A stretch of DNA of 62,162 nt, the filler included, from Ionaspis alba (Eukaryota): NCBI GenBank assembly GCA_964255285.1. It is 7 parts of 7 records of this genome, joined end to end, with 100 filler letters (N's around TTAATTAATTAA, not from the genome) between each part and the next. Parts side by side here need not be neighbours in the genome. Positions count along the whole stretch, not along the records: positions 44,547 to 53,314 come from CAXUUL010000705.1; positions 53,415 to 62,162 come from CAXUUL010000706.1; 5 more parts are not named here. One strand, written 5' to 3'. Position numbers and translations under genes: made by a program. Shown one piece after another: positions 47,575 through 61,350 of the stretch. Numbering within the stretch: the first letter of the stretch is position 1; the number at the start of each line of letters is the position of its first letter. Under the pieces are notes generated by a model that had not been told where the DNA came from, ran no database searches, and saw nothing but the letters and a program-made list of their open reading frames with translations.

Positions 47575-50315
47575 CTAGAAGAATTCGCGACGGGCCTCGT
47601 CTTTGACCGCATCTGGAATGGTGGCAATGAAAGCCGCGCACGCTCCAGCAAGCGAGATGCATCCCACCAGAACTCCAGATACGAAAGCACGGACTGGACG
47701 TGAGCCCGATGGAGCTAGCTTGGCTTTCTTCCTAGCGGGCGCCTGCAGGTCATGGCTGGGCTTGGGTTCAAAGGCTTCAGTGATGACCTCGAGGACCTCC
47801 TCGGGCAGAGATGCATCGGTAGACACTAGCTCTTCCCTAGGTTGTGCATCAGGCAGTGCAGAGTCCTGTGTCTTGTTCGTCATATCATTGTTTTGCGTTT
47901 CATAATGAGTCTCAGGCACGTCAAAATCGTCCACACAGGTCATTTCATCCGCCTTCCTCTTGAGACTGCGAGCCGCGACCTTGCTCTGACTGGATGCTTC
48001 GTTGACGATATCAGATATCGGAAGCTTTGTGGCCTTCCCCTCCACCTTCTCAGGCGTTGCAACGTTGGGTGGTGCGCTGACATGAGTGATGGTGGGTTTC
48101 GGTGGAACCTCGTTTTCCCAAAGCGTTTGCTCGTACGAGCTGGAAAACGCGTCCAGGTATGGCGCGAGGTTGTCTCTCGAGTAGCATGTTCGAGGACCGG
48201 GATTGTTGACGTTGTGAGCAACTTGAGGCGTCGCATCGTACCGATTCCATCCAGCGAAGGGTCCATCTTCATAGCGTGGAAGCCCACGTTCCATCTCTCC
48301 CAAACAGTTGTCTTGCGTGTAACCTCCATAATTGCCGGAGGTCGAGCTCTGAGCAAAATCTGCCCACGATGCAGGTGCATCGGTGATTGACAGCCCTTGG
48401 TTATGCAGGTTGTCCCTCGGTTGCGACCAAGCAAAAAATGGGGTGACTGGTGGTGGTGGAAACATATGACTTTGCTCATGGGTTCGAGGATACTTGATTG
48501 CTGGTATGCAAATAGGACGTGCTAGCGCAGCATCAGAGGGGCTGGGTGCGCGTGGTGTCGGCTTTCTTCCCGAACCCTCTTGACTACCTGATGCGACGCA
48601 GAGGAAGTCCGTATATGGTTTACGTGACTGAGGAACTGTCGTGAGCTGACTGTCCTCGACCTCTGTACGTGCCAGCTGCTGCTTGCAATCCTTGACATCC
48701 GCCCGCGACTTGGCAAAAGATTCTACCAGACACAGCGGAGGCGACCGATATGCTGCAGTTTCGCCTAGCTTATTTGGCTCCTCGGACGGGTACGTTGGTT
48801 CACCATCGTCGGCCACAATGCTGTATGTATCGTCGGGTTCAGACGAACAATCCGATGCACTATCGCCGATAGAACTAAGTCTGGCATCATCTGCAGACCC
48901 CGGATAGCCAACCTCGGATTCGGACAGGTAGGAATCGCTGTCACTGGCCGCTCGTTCTTCTTCAGGCACTGTCGTCCTCTTCTCGCTGACCGTAATCAAG
49001 GGCTGCTTGGGAACCACAGAACCCGGGATAGTCTGTGTAGTGCAATCACGAGCGCTATCGAAAACCGCCAACAGAGTCTTCTTGGCTTTTTGGCTTATCG
49101 GAAGAGCCTCTGGGCCTTCCTCGTCACTGTCATCGCTGATCTCGAAGTGCTTCTCTGGGTCCGGTTTCTCAAGATCGATGGGCCATTTCTGAGATGTACC
49201 AGGGCACTGATGATTGGTGTCGATGTAAGAGCCGAGCTCTGCAGCTTTATCTCGATTATTGCCCCTACCACGATCGGCCGACTGGAAGAGATCATTGACT
49301 TGCGGAAGCTTGATTGATCCAGCGACTGTATCAACAACTATGTGACTAGTCTTGTGATTGGACTCCTCGATGGCTTGAGGAACTTGGAGAGAACCGGTGA
49401 AACTTCGCACACCAGGATCTTGGACATTTTGTCGATCACTTGTAGCTAAGTTCACTCGATCGCCTTGATGTTTGGGGTCGGTCGAAGCCTCACGTGAGCG
49501 GTCTTCCGAGTCATCATCGGAGTCGTCGCCAGGAACACGGTAGACTGTATTGAGATTGTCGTACTTTTCTTCGGGACTGGTCACGGGTGTGGGATTACTA
49601 TATCATGGAGAATTAGACGATTGCCATAATGCTTAAACAGGGTGCTTTACATACCTCCAGGACTGCCAGTGGAAGTCAATACGGAACTCCTTGGCTGGAT
49701 AAATAGCTGTTGGGACGCTCATCAGTATGCTGGAGCATTGATAGAAGCATGGCTGGTCGAAATCAGATGTCCACATACCGAGACCACTCGTGACCTTTTG
49801 GCCGAAAGTGATATGATCTCCGCTCTTAATGGCACAATCCACGTCTGGGGTCAACCTTTTGCCTCCTACATACGTTCCATGAGTAGACTTGAGGTCTTTG
49901 AGATGTAGAGCCTGAAGCGGTATGTGAGTTATTTGACATGAACCAAATGGAGACCACAATGAATGTACCTTTTCTGGCTTCGTAACGAGGCTGAATTCTG
50001 CATGACTTCTTGACATGATCGGGCTATCGAACCATGCATTGTCCTTGCTGGCTGCGAGGCCTTTGCTTGCTGTCTTCGAAGCTCGACCAATCTCGATGTA
50101 GGTCTTGGACGGGTTGAGGGTAAAAGTTCTCTTGAGACTGCCGTCTAAAGGTGCAAGAGTGATGGATACTATGAAGCGTGCTATGAGCGTCTTTGTAAAC
50201 CCCATCACAAGGTGACACAGAACGATGTGTAAAGCAGGCTTAGTTGGATAGACAGCTCTTGTGGGATAGCCGCAATTTGAAGATGGATCGACGTACCTTC
50301 GCAGTTGGTCTCCAT
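47575..50315 (-). CDS. FHA-domain protein with a long disordered region and a C-terminal TM anchor, multi-exon
   Basis: IGRASK..FDSPIMSRSHA..DLKSTHGTYV..GDHITFG, and C-terminal AFVSGVLVGCISLAGACAAFIA. Confidence 0.85.
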
Positions 50316-51282
50316 GGTGCAGTAGTCCAAGAGATGTCGATGACAGTATCAAGATTCCCAGAAGTTGAGCTTCAAGTACAGAGTTCGAGGTCGAGGCAAT
50401 CCGGGCTCCTTGTGAAACAGCTCAGCCGAGCTGACAAGACGGCCTCGAAGGATCGACTTGAGAGTGGCCGAAGCGGACTCTCACAACAGTGAGGGTTTGA
50501 AAGTTATGGGAATTCGGTTACCGGAGTCATCAGAAGCCAGTTGGCTGTGAAGAAGTAAGTCGTCTTTGTTGCAAGCGGAGGAGTCGAGGTATAAGTCGAG
50601 TGAGAAGGTGAGAGGTAGACGTCGGGTTGCCTAGGCGGGGTAGTGAGAGTAGGCAAACCCCTTGTCACGAGCTCCGGACATTCACCTATCGATAAGACGC
50701 CAGTCCACTATGCGTGCTCTCTTTCGTGTAAGCGCGCCTAGATTGAGCCTCAATCTCGAGGCCTAACATAATCATTTCCCATTCTTTACGAAGGCGATTT
50801 TACTTATAATAGCATACAAAGCTTGGTGTGGACATTTAGTTTTACATATACCTGACCATTTAGTATTGAAGCTGTTCGCTATCAAACCTGGCTGGCTGAG
50901 AAGAGTGTCCCTGGGACTCGGTGAGCTTAGTTGGATATGTTGCCTATTATCCACTAAACTCCTAGGGCGCCGCTAATCCACGAGCTAAACATCTGATCAA
51001 CCAAAGATGTGGTATAAACTAAGATGTTCAAGGAGTTTGGTGGGTCTCCCAACACGCCGAAGAGTGTCCATAGATGGCAGCACAAGATTAGATAAAGATC
51101 ATTCATTCAACTTGATCGGCAAGGCCAGACGATTCTTTATCGATGTTGATTATTATCGAACCTTTCCGCCCTCCTGAACACGCACTTTTATAAATCCCAT
51201 TGCTAAGAAAATTTCCTACTCGAAGAACCCGCTCACTATCTAGCTCTACTTTCACTCCAGCCGTCCCAAACTTCCCAGATGA

Positions 51283-52868
51283 TCACTGATGCATAGCATC
51301 CAAACCTCCCTGCAGATCCTGCTCAAGCCCCATGTTGTTCGCATGATACGGCGGCGCCGCCTCCTGAGGCCTCGGATCCTCATGCGACCACTGGCCACTA
51401 TGATCCGGAATAGGGACATTATTATGCTGCTGTTGGCCCATCTGCGCTCCCATTTGAGCCTGCGGTTGTTGCACTCGCACATGCTGTCGGAAGCGTTGCA
51501 CTTCTGCGAGGATCATCTTCCGCATTTCGGGAACATCTTCCACGACTTCGAAGGCGAAGTCGAAGGTTGTGGGGCACGGAGGCTCGTCAGATGCGTCGTG
51601 CCAGATGTGGAGGTAGCGGTGTTCGAGCGCTTCTTCGACTGATATCCGGGAGGAGGGATCGAATGCGAGCATTCGGTTCAGGAGATCGAGAGCGTCGGGG
51701 TTGGCGTTGGGGAAGAGCTGCTGGAAGGAACGCTTCGGCATGAAGGGGAGGTTGCGAACGTAGTCCTGGGCTCGTGGAGATCCGATCCTGGATAATGTCT
51801 CTTCGTTGGGTGTGCCAAGGATGTGGAGTATCTGATTGAGTTGATCGACGTAGTCTCGACCCTTGAAGAAGGGCCGTCCGCCTAGCAATTCCGCCAGAAT
51901 GCATCCCACGGACCAGACGTCAACTGTAGAGTGATCAATTTCGGTTCGTCTGATCTTGGGAAATCCAAGGATAGCCTTACTCGCTTTGGTATAGCTTTGG
52001 AAGCTCAACATAATTTCCGGTGCTCTGTACCATCTCGTGGCAACATATTCCGTCATGTACCCTCGATTCTCATCAGGGTCTTGGGAGAAACCCCGAGCAA
52101 GACCAAAGTCGCAAATCTTGAGCTCACAGTCTGCATTGACGAGGAGATTTCCAGGCTTGAGGTCCCTGTGAAGCACGTTCGCCGAATGTATGAATTTCAA
52201 TCCACAAAGGATTTGATAGATGAAGGACTGGAAGTGGGCATCCGTCAAGGGTTGCCCAGATCTGATGATCGCAGCCAAGTCACATTCCATGAGTTCTGTT
52301 TCTATGTCAGGACTCTTCTTGGTGTTGATTTCCAGGAGCAGATTATACCTTCGTAGAGATAGGTTTCGTTGAAGTTTTCAGGTCTAGGAATGTCCATATC
52401 GTATAGACAGGTTATCTGCCCGGTTGCATCAGCCCGTGCCACAGAACAGCTCTATCATTAGTCTCAAATGTTCGAGATCCAAACCATACATTTCGATGAC
52501 CACGGAAGTGCTGGAGGAGCTTAATCTCTCGCAAGGCACGTTTCGCCAGAATCTTCTTGCTGAAGACATTGGTGACCTTCTTTATGGCAACGCCTTCGTT
52601 GGTTTGTGTATTTGTAGCCGCACTAGCAAAACGAAGCTGTCAGCCTATAGGCATTCCATAATGATATCATATCTGCGATGGAGCCTTGATACTAGTGAGG
52701 CCAATAGGGAAATGTTGCAATGGAAGCCAATGCGGAGGGCTGTTTAGCTACTCACCAAACGATCCCGTAGGCTCCCTGGCCTAATTCTTTCGTCACAGTG
52801 TATCGCTCGTCCACAATGAAGTCCTGGTTGAAGACCTTGAAGACCTTCCGCCCTTGGAGGTCCGCCAT
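51283..52868 (-). CDS. SLT2: Cell-wall-integrity MAP kinase (Slt2/Mpk1/MpkA), multi-exon
   Basis: [66 protein letters not shown] and a Gln-rich tail. Confidence 0.96.
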
Positions 52869-53314
52869 TTCAGATGGGTAGAGGACAGTGACACGTACGG
52901 CGTCGGTATCTTCCGAAACCGTAAAGTCACTTGCAGCCGAAGAAGGTTTGGTCTCTTTATATTCGAACGATCGATCTCGGGGGTATAACGACTAGAGGCG
53001 ATAAGCGCAAGGAGGGGGGAGTGGAGAAGCAAGGCTCCTGGTCAACAGGATATATAATGGTAGGGGACAGCGAGTGTTTGCGAAGATGAGCTGGTAGATG
53101 GATGGACTGATTGACTAATCGATCAATCGTTGGAAAGGCCCTGCCTATAATCACTGAAGATGCAACAAATGTTCAAGTTGTCAGCCCTTGAATGGAAGAG
53201 GTCAAACAAGTGAGGACGCGGATAAGATTGCCAGCTCGTAAAGGTTCGAGCTTGACACCATGTGTGGAGCGATCGACCCGTCGTCGGGCCGAGCTGGGCC
53301 AGATAGCCCGCCTC

Positions 53315-53414
53315 NNNNNNNNNNNNNNNNNNNNNNNNNNNNNNNNNNNNNNNNNNNNTTAATTAATTAANNNNNNNNNNNNNNNNNNNNNNNNNNNNNN
53401 NNNNNNNNNNNNNN
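53315..53414. other. Artificial scaffold linker
   Basis: N44-TTAATTAATTAA-N44. Confidence 0.98.
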
Positions 53415-53667
53415 AGGCTTTCCTCCTGATCGTTCCCGCCCAACCCAGTCCTGCAACAGATCCATGCTTTCCTGGTTCGTCTTTGGCCGAGCCGCATCGA
53501 TTCGCTCAGGAAAGCTACCCATATTAATACAGGTACACTTGCTTCGTCATAGGCCCTGAACAGAAATCTTTCTCCCACATACCAGAACATTGGGTATCAT
53601 ATGCATCAAGTAGCGACTCCTCCCTCATATATATCAAAGTCCTCTCTGTACTTTTGAGATATCAACA

Positions 53668-55394
53668 TCACTGAACGCAGATGTTCTCCTCGGCGTACGC
53701 TCGATATCGGTCGAGGATATCAGTAGTTTCGATGTCACCCATGGGGAAGTAGGCAAAGTGTGCTGCTACGCCGTGCCCATCGACGACGACGTCTTGAAGA
53801 TTGCTTGTCAGTAATATATTACAATAACAGTTATATTGTCTTTTGAGGGGAAGATAGTATTAGGCAGCGAGTCCAGGATGTAGAGAGCAGAGTAGAGTTA
53901 TTCAACACCGGAAGACTTACGCTTGCCAGTCCTCTTTGAGTAGGTGACTGTTATCATCTCCTCGTCATCCTTTGGCATGGGGCCCATAGCCATGACATCG
54001 TCTCCGGATATTGCCATCAGGTTAATGCTCAACCGGTCATGAACCACATCCCACATTTCGAAATCGTACCGCCAAAGCTCGTCCTTCTCCAGGTTCTGCA
54101 AGAACGACATGTGCTGCTGAGCTGCTACCATCCAGTCCTCATGCCCCGCTCCGTCACCATACCGCACCTTGGGGATCGGTGTTCTGTCGTTGTTCCCCGT
54201 TCCTGGCGCCAATGGTAGCCACCGATGCTTCCTCCCTAGTACAGGTTTGAACTTTTCAATCACGAAGTCGTCGGGGCCTTCCCAGTATGGAAGCTTTGAT
54301 TTCCTCCAACTTTTTGTCGGGTGGCTCTTATCCAGCGTTGATTGCTCCGGAAGATATGGATGAATGGCCCCGAGGTGGTAGTGGATCCATGTGAATGCAT
54401 ATTGGACAATCAAGTTGGCAGAGACAATGACATATTCAGGGTGCTCGACTTTACGTTTGACAATGGACCGGATAGTCGAGTCTTCAATGAACAACTGTTC
54501 CTTGGTCAACACATGAAGTGGATGGTAAAATGGAAGTGGTCAGCATACCACATCATCGTCGATTTTCACATAAATGTTCCCTTTTTTCACAGATTCCCAC
54601 ATACGGCTATAGTCATGTCCATCAAAGCCTTCGGTGGGACTATATTGTGCCTTGTACTTGGGCTCAGCAGCAAGAAGCTCCTCGAGAAATGCTAGATCTT
54701 CGACGATGTCTGTCTTGACTATGAAAAGGTATTCGTCGATAATGCCTCCATTGTCGACCAAATTCCTCTACAGTTGCAAGAGTCAGCCAGGTCCTGAGGG
54801 ATCCACAGGGGAAGGTTGGAGGGTAGGTGGACCTTCAAATAGCAATTGAGAACAGAGACAAATCTTCGCCTGCCATAGAACACCAACCCAATCACCTTCA
54901 TCCCTGGAGGAGGCTGCCATTCTTGTATTTGTCTCAGATGATCAAGGTGTGGCTCGAGTGCGTGTNNNNNNNNNNNNNNNNNNNNNNNNNNNNNNNNNNN
55001 NNNNNNNNNNNNNNNNNNNNNNNNNNNNNNNNNNNNNNNNNNNNNNNNNNNNNNNNNNNNNNNNNAGGCTGCCATTCTTGTATTTGTCTCAGATGATCAA
55101 GGTGTGGCTCGAGTGCGTGTTACTTGGCAAGCGCCTTGGTATGTCTATCGATGTAATGTCTGGTCCATGGGGGTGTGATTTTGGAGGTACTCTCACAATC
55201 CTAAGGTTTGAATGGTGGAACAGGAGATAGTAGATAGCTAGGAGTAGGCTGAATATGCCCACCATTCGAATTGGCCATTTCCACGAGCGTGTGCTGCTCC
55301 GCATCCGGCTCAGCAGGCTCGCCTGAATAGAGGGCAACATGGTTCGAAGGGAAGGAAGTTCGAACTTGTCAGATCGTGACCTCCGGCCAAACAT
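53668..55394 (-). CDS. Type II membrane glycosyltransferase-like protein (GT-A-like DDD motif), multi-exon, spans an N gap
   Basis: N-terminal TM helix, VIGLVFYGRR, YVKIDDDVV, VSAN, RLSIN, DDE and AAHFAY. Last exon ends AEENICVQ*. Confidence 0.75.
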
Positions 55395-56505
55395 TCTGCA
55401 ATGGTACCGCAGCTGCAGCAGGATATTATCATTGACGAGTCGGCAACGCTATGTAGAGGAGCAATTGCTGGGCACGAAGATTGAGCACTGCCATTTGAAG
55501 GACTGTAGCAGAATGGTCCGAGAAGGGGCGGACTGGATCTTGTGAAACAGATCCTGCGAAGAGAGTCAAGAGGTGAAGCGGCGAGAGGAGTCAACAACAT
55601 GACTTGACCGGAAGGAGGAAACTACTGGATGATTGGGGCTGGAAAAGGGCCTCGCCTGCGGAACTAACGGCGCAGTAGCATCGCGTACCAATCCCACAGG
55701 ATCTACCGAGGACAAGGCAGATCTCTCGGTACCAAGGACGGTGTTTGGAGGATGCTGTATTGGACGTGCTCCAGTACGTGCGGGACAGGTCTATGACAGC
55801 CTTAATTGCACGATGATCTCATAACACAGACCCTATGGTACTGTTGTGTCCAGTTGGAATTGGAGAGGCTATGAGTGTCAAAAGCATGTGAGAGGACTGT
55901 TGTATCTCTGTTTACTGCAACCCAAGAGTTGGCAAGGCTGAACACGGAGATCGGGCATACAGGGGTAGAAGTGGGGGCGCAGTGGCAAGTCTTACCGATG
56001 CTTACAGGATGCCTCGTATTAGTCGTAGTAGAAAAAGAAACAACCGGAGATTACCCACTCAAGAATATTTAGGCTCATTACCATACCAGAGAAGAACAAA
56101 GTCTCGATTGCTTGTGGTTATCTTAATGACTTGAGGATATGCTGTCCCTCATGAATAGGTGTGAAAGATTCTTGGATGGTCTACGACAAACTCAAGAGAT
56201 GCTGCACAATCAGGGTATTGCGTCTCAGTTGCTCCATACATCAAGTCTACACTTCTTAAGTCAAATGAGCATTGGACAAGACTTTAAGCTTAGAAAATAT
56301 AGACCAGCTTTGTTGTTCTGGCGCCCCGCCTGCGAACGGTACGCAGCAGCAAACGCCACAATAGCAGCAGGGTCTTAAAGCACGGAGGGTAAAGGCCATC
56401 CAATATCTTCTCATGCTTCCGCTCGCTCCACATCCTTCGTGGTCATGTGCCTTCCCACTCTCTCAAGTACAGTCTTAGTTGTAGGTGAGATATTGACGAC
56501 CAGAC

Positions 56506-56922
56506 TTAGCATGTCGTCCGGAGCTGGAAGGATTTGAGGTTGCCGTGGGACCCACTGCTGACGCAGGTATTTGTGTCAGGGCTGCCAACCATCTCGACAA
56601 AGCTTCCCGTGCAATTGATTGCGTTGTAACCGTAGACTGTCAAAAGCGTCAGCACTGGAAGGATGTCCGATGAACGTAATCGGTCTTCCTGCTATGAGAG
56701 ATGCAACTCACTTGCAGTCGAGCAGGAGCCAAAGAGCAGGACCGTAGACACACTACCAGCGCCTACTGAGTCAGTGTTGACGCATTGAAGATTGTTGAAT
56801 AGTCCGATCTCGGTTGTGAAGGTAGAACAGGTGTGATCGGAATAAAGGTTGAGAAAGTTATGGGACCCAGCGACAGCAAGAGTTGCAAGGAGGCTGATGG
56901 GTAGAAGAGATGTGAACTGCAT
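56506..56922 (-). CDS. Small secreted cysteine-rich protein (113 aa, 6 Cys)
   Basis: Signal peptide MQFTSLLPISLLATLAVA, intron 56637-56711, exon 2 IYGYNAINCTG..TCVSS..LKSFQLRTTC*. Confidence 0.85.
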
Positions 56923-58116
56923 ATCGACGTATTGATAGAATCGACCAAGACAGAGTCTGGAATATGCGCGGAGATATAGCTTGTAAACGAGGAAGTGAAA
57001 GCTAGTTTGAGAGACGAGAGGTTTATGTAGGAGCACAGGGAGGAGTGCATAGATATTTATGCTTAGTGTAGAGTGCTACGCAATACCTCCTCTTCACCGC
57101 CTAGGAAGCTTGTAACGGTGACGGCTGACCGTATGGCTCTGTGGCTCGCGAAGTCGACGGGCTTCTAGGAGGCGTACAACCGGATGGAGCTCAATGATAC
57201 GAGACCGTGGCAAATGTCGAGGCAAACAATGGACAAAGGATTCCACCACTAGCTCAGAGAAGGTGCGCGAGAAAGAAAGATGATTCTGGTCAAATTGCTC
57301 CAACATAACGAGTCAAATCAAAGAAGGAGAGGACACCACACAACCTTCCGAGCTTGAACTTAGCATGTTATACTTGAAGCCCAGTTTGACGGGCGTCGAA
57401 AGCTTGCCAAGGTTCATTAATTCTTACCATCCGGAGTCCCTGGACTCTTCAGGTTTTAGGTGGTATTGTACCTGTTCAAGAGTGTTGGTTTCTAGAGTTA
57501 TTTTTGATCTAATGTTACACCAGCTTGTGGCCGTTCGTTGCAATGATTCCGTGGAAGAGAAATATGCCGTTCCGGAAAACAAGCTGACTGTGATGAGCTG
57601 AGAAGGGGTTAAGGAAAGAGGATCTTGATGCCCGCATAAGCATTCTTGAATGGTTCGGAAGCCCGGCTGGTGACGGCGACTTACCAGACCTCGTGTAAGC
57701 CCATCATGACAGGTGAAGCTCTTGTCAAGCCTTCGTCAAGCTTTCGTCACTAGCTTCCTGAGAGCCTCGATTTTTAAGTACCACAACTTCTTTTGAGAAT
57801 TTTTTTCACGAGCTGATAAAGAGAACGCAAGATAGGAGATCACCTCTGTATTTGTGAACTGAAAGTCTGCTATGAGTTTGTTACACAGCGCCATCACCGC
57901 CCGCGCTGTCACATTCAATTCATGTCATTCAAACCACTGCAGGTCATCGTGGTTGATTTCTCCATCTCCCAAAGGCTGCTGGAGCATGTATCCTGGCCCT
58001 AGAAAATGAGTTATTGTCAATCATCTCACTATAAGTCCTTCTTGCTATTGAAATAGCATGCTCGATCTCTCAGCCCGTGCAGGATCTCATCTTAGGTTAT
58101 CTATTTGAAATAACCA

Positions 58117-59240
58117 ATGTCCCTCTCTTTACGTCGGCGGCTCTCTTGGCGGTCTATTCGCTGGCATTGTTCTTAAGCGGCTTGGTCACGCTGTTCGAAT
58201 ATTCGAGCAAAACCCGACACCTCTACTGCAGAATCACGGCGCCGGAGTAGTTGCTGGGGCCGATGTACAAAGTTTCTTCAGCAAGTACGACAAGACCAAA
58301 CGTCCTATCGCTGTTCCAAACAAACTACGCCGTTACTTGGATCGAGATGGCCACCAAATTCATCGAAAAGAAAGCTTACAGCAAATGACGAGTTGGGATC
58401 TCTTTTTCTATGTATTACGTGCGAATTTTGATCAGGTCGAAAGCGGCTACTGTGAAGTGCCTGAAGCCGTGTCTGGCGAAGTGACCGACGCCTACCGTCA
58501 CGGCCATACAGTCTCAGATGTTCGTAGTGGGAAAGGTGGCCGGATAGAAGTTGAATATCACGATTTGGAGGGCAATACACGGTCGGAGACGGCAGACTTG
58601 GTCGTTGGGGCGGATGGCCCAAGCTCAACGTTGCGGAAGATCTTGATGCCAGACATGAAGCGCGAATATGCTGGATATGTTGCCTGGCGCGGTACGGTTC
58701 TTGAATCAGAAGTATCTGAAGCAGCCAAGCGTGCCTTCGTTGAAAAATTCGCGTTCCATAAGAAGGGGATCTAGATCCTTTCGTATACGATCCCTGGCCA
58801 CAATGGATCACTTGAAATTGGGAAGCGCCTAATCAATTGGGTTTGGTATTGCAATTACCCTCAGAACTCGAAAGAGTATGCTGATCTGATGAACGATACC
58901 AATGGTCAGCACGACCACATCACTCTACCTCATGGGAAAACAAGACCAGAGATTTGAGAATAGCAGAAACATTATGCCCAGCAAACTCGTTCTTTGACGG
59001 CAAGGTCTTTCTCATTGAAGACGCAGTGGCGGGATTTCGACCTCACACCGCCGCCAGCACTAACCAGGCAGCCTTTCATGCCACGCCATTGGGCGAACTG
59101 ATCGGCGGAAAGATCGATCACGCTGATTGGGAAAGAGAAACCATGCTCTACGCCAAGTCTATGCAACAATGAGGCGTAAAAATGGGGCAGAGAAGTCAAT
59201 TTGGCCACAATCCACCGTCGCAGTAGGGAGCAAGGTTGAA
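58117..59240 (+). pseudogene. FAD-dependent monooxygenase pseudogene (2,6-dihydroxypyridine hydroxylase-like)
   Basis: VGGSLGGL, GADG, YAGYVAWRG and DAVAGFRPHTAASTNQA. In-frame stops at about 58772, 58955, 58961 and 59170, plus an apparent internal deletion. Confidence 0.88.
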
Positions 59241-59757
59241 GCATAACCGAAGCCCATTTGCAACGAGCTTTACATGTCTCGTGATTTCACTGTTGGCAAC
59301 TCATTCGCTTTAGTGAAAACAGAAGCCGTTCCGAAGTCTCACCTTGAGCTAACTTTGCAGTGATGGTGAACGTCCTTACGGCACACACTTTGGATGTACT
59401 ACTGTTGCCGAGGCGCGGAAGTCTGCATCAAATTTAGCGCTTGAGCTAAAATCGTGGGGGCTATCTTTGGCCCTTGGCACTAACTGTCTGCCTTCCACTT
59501 GCAGTCCTGAACGCGGCGCTTTGCGAGCGACGAACCCGACTCGCACACTCATTACTGGCCGACCCTGGTGCCATGTGATAGGCGCAGCGTCTTCAGCGTG
59601 CCGCTTGGTTGCTGTGAGTCGTTTCAGTTCTGAGCCCACGAGTGATTGCGGCAGTGCTTATTTCCTAGCTTTATACTCTAACTATGTTTTTGGTTACGCC
59701 GTATCTGTTTTCCTATCTATCAATCATTTCCACATGCACCGAAGACAATTAATTACT

Positions 59758-61350
59758 ATGAGCCGAAGTGCCAATTGTTCTGAAAGCCGAAATGTCACTT
59801 CCAATCACTATGATGATGGCCTCCAAGTTGCAAATGCCCCTGATTCTGCTGGAAAGCAGGTCGTCTGTCAAGAAAGATCAAATAGCACATCCTTTGTCCA
59901 GCTTGTAACGTCGCAGGATGAGAAAGAAGCTTATAATGTCGATCTCTGGAACAAAGCTCCCCCTGGGCCACTTGAAGCCACTCCTGGAGCAAAGCGACGG
60001 TCTTGGATCAAATCACGATGGGCGTGTGCGTTGATTGTCTTACTTATCGTCATTCTAGGCGGAGTCGCCGCTGGAGTGACTGTCAGCGTGATGAAGAAAA
60101 GAGACCAGACACAGAGGTATCTAGAGATTGTGCAAGATCAAATTGTGTGACTAAAATAGTTGTAGTCCAGCACCGTCGATTACCTCTTCACCGCCAGCAA
60201 GCCCCACCACCAGCCTCGAGAGCACGGCCACAGCTATCAGTGGTTCCTCGTCAGCCTTTCTATCGAAAACCGGCGCTTTCAATGGCACAGGCATGACCAC
60301 TATGGATCCGATTGACAACAAAACCGAACTACTACTCTTCTTCCAGCACTTTGAAGGCGACATACGTTTTTCCCAACTTCGTGACAACGCCTGGACAGGA
60401 GGGGGAACAGAAAATTCTATAGGTGCCAAAAATCCAGCCAACGGAACATCCATCACTGCAGCGTCATACAGTCATCAGGGTGTAATAAATGTAATTACGC
60501 GAACAGCACTAGTTTACAACGTTGAGCTAATGATAGTTAGTATGTCGTGTTTTATATTGACGAATCATCTACGATCCAAAACATATACAAAGACAATCAA
60601 ACGAACACCTGGACAGCAGGTAGTATAGGTAGAAAAGGGTTTCAGGCTTCCACAATTGGTGGGACAGCTCTGGCAGTTTGTTGGAGTTCAGACTGGTACG
60701 GTACTGGCCCAGGAAAGTCCGAAGGCCTCCGTTTGTTTGCAGGTGGTGTCGACGGTCTGGTGCATGAGTACACCTGGACGCTCGCCGAAAACGATTGGCA
60801 ATCTGGTTTCACTTTTCCAGACACGAACGCATTTGCAGGAGCAGCTTGTTGGCCTGGGGGTGGTATAACGCATCTGTACCTGCAGAACTCCAGGAGCCAT
60901 CTAGAAGTATGGTGGAAAGACTTCAACACAGATCAGAGTAACAGCTCATCACACCCGCTGGGAAACTGGAACCGGGGTAAGAATCAAGGTGGTCGATTAA
61001 TGAAAGCAACTAACCGACTTTCAGGCCCAATCGCTGCGACTGAAGTTCGCACCAACTCTTCTCTGGCGTTCTCCAATTTCGCGTACTTCCAAGACAGCAA
61101 AGGCGAGATATTGGGTATAGAGCCCAATGGCACTGCGGAAATGCTTAATTGGGGTCCCTCATTCATTGTGGGGAACCAGAATGGAATTCTTGGAACATCA
61201 ATTGCATGCCAGACGTTCTTTCCCTCGACGACCGGGCCAACTGGTATACATGTTTATTTTCAGACTAATGGTACTGATGTTGTGGAGTACGTCCGAGGTC
61301 AAGAAGGAGGGCAATGGGCTTCAGATTTCCTCCCTGTTGCTGAAACATAA
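59758..61350 (+). CDS. Single-pass membrane protein with a fungal fucose-specific-lectin-like beta-propeller, multi-exon
   Basis: TM helix followed by an S/T-rich stalk and Trp-containing repeats (LFFQH..G.IR, FYID, LRLF..G.DG.VHEY.W, HVYFQ). Introns near 60117, 60491 and 60977. Confidence 0.75.

Noticed and set aside
8875..53370. TTAATTAATTAA recurring about every 8.9 kb as a biological repeat or CRISPR-like array
   Set aside because: Synthetic all-frame stop linker embedded in Ns.
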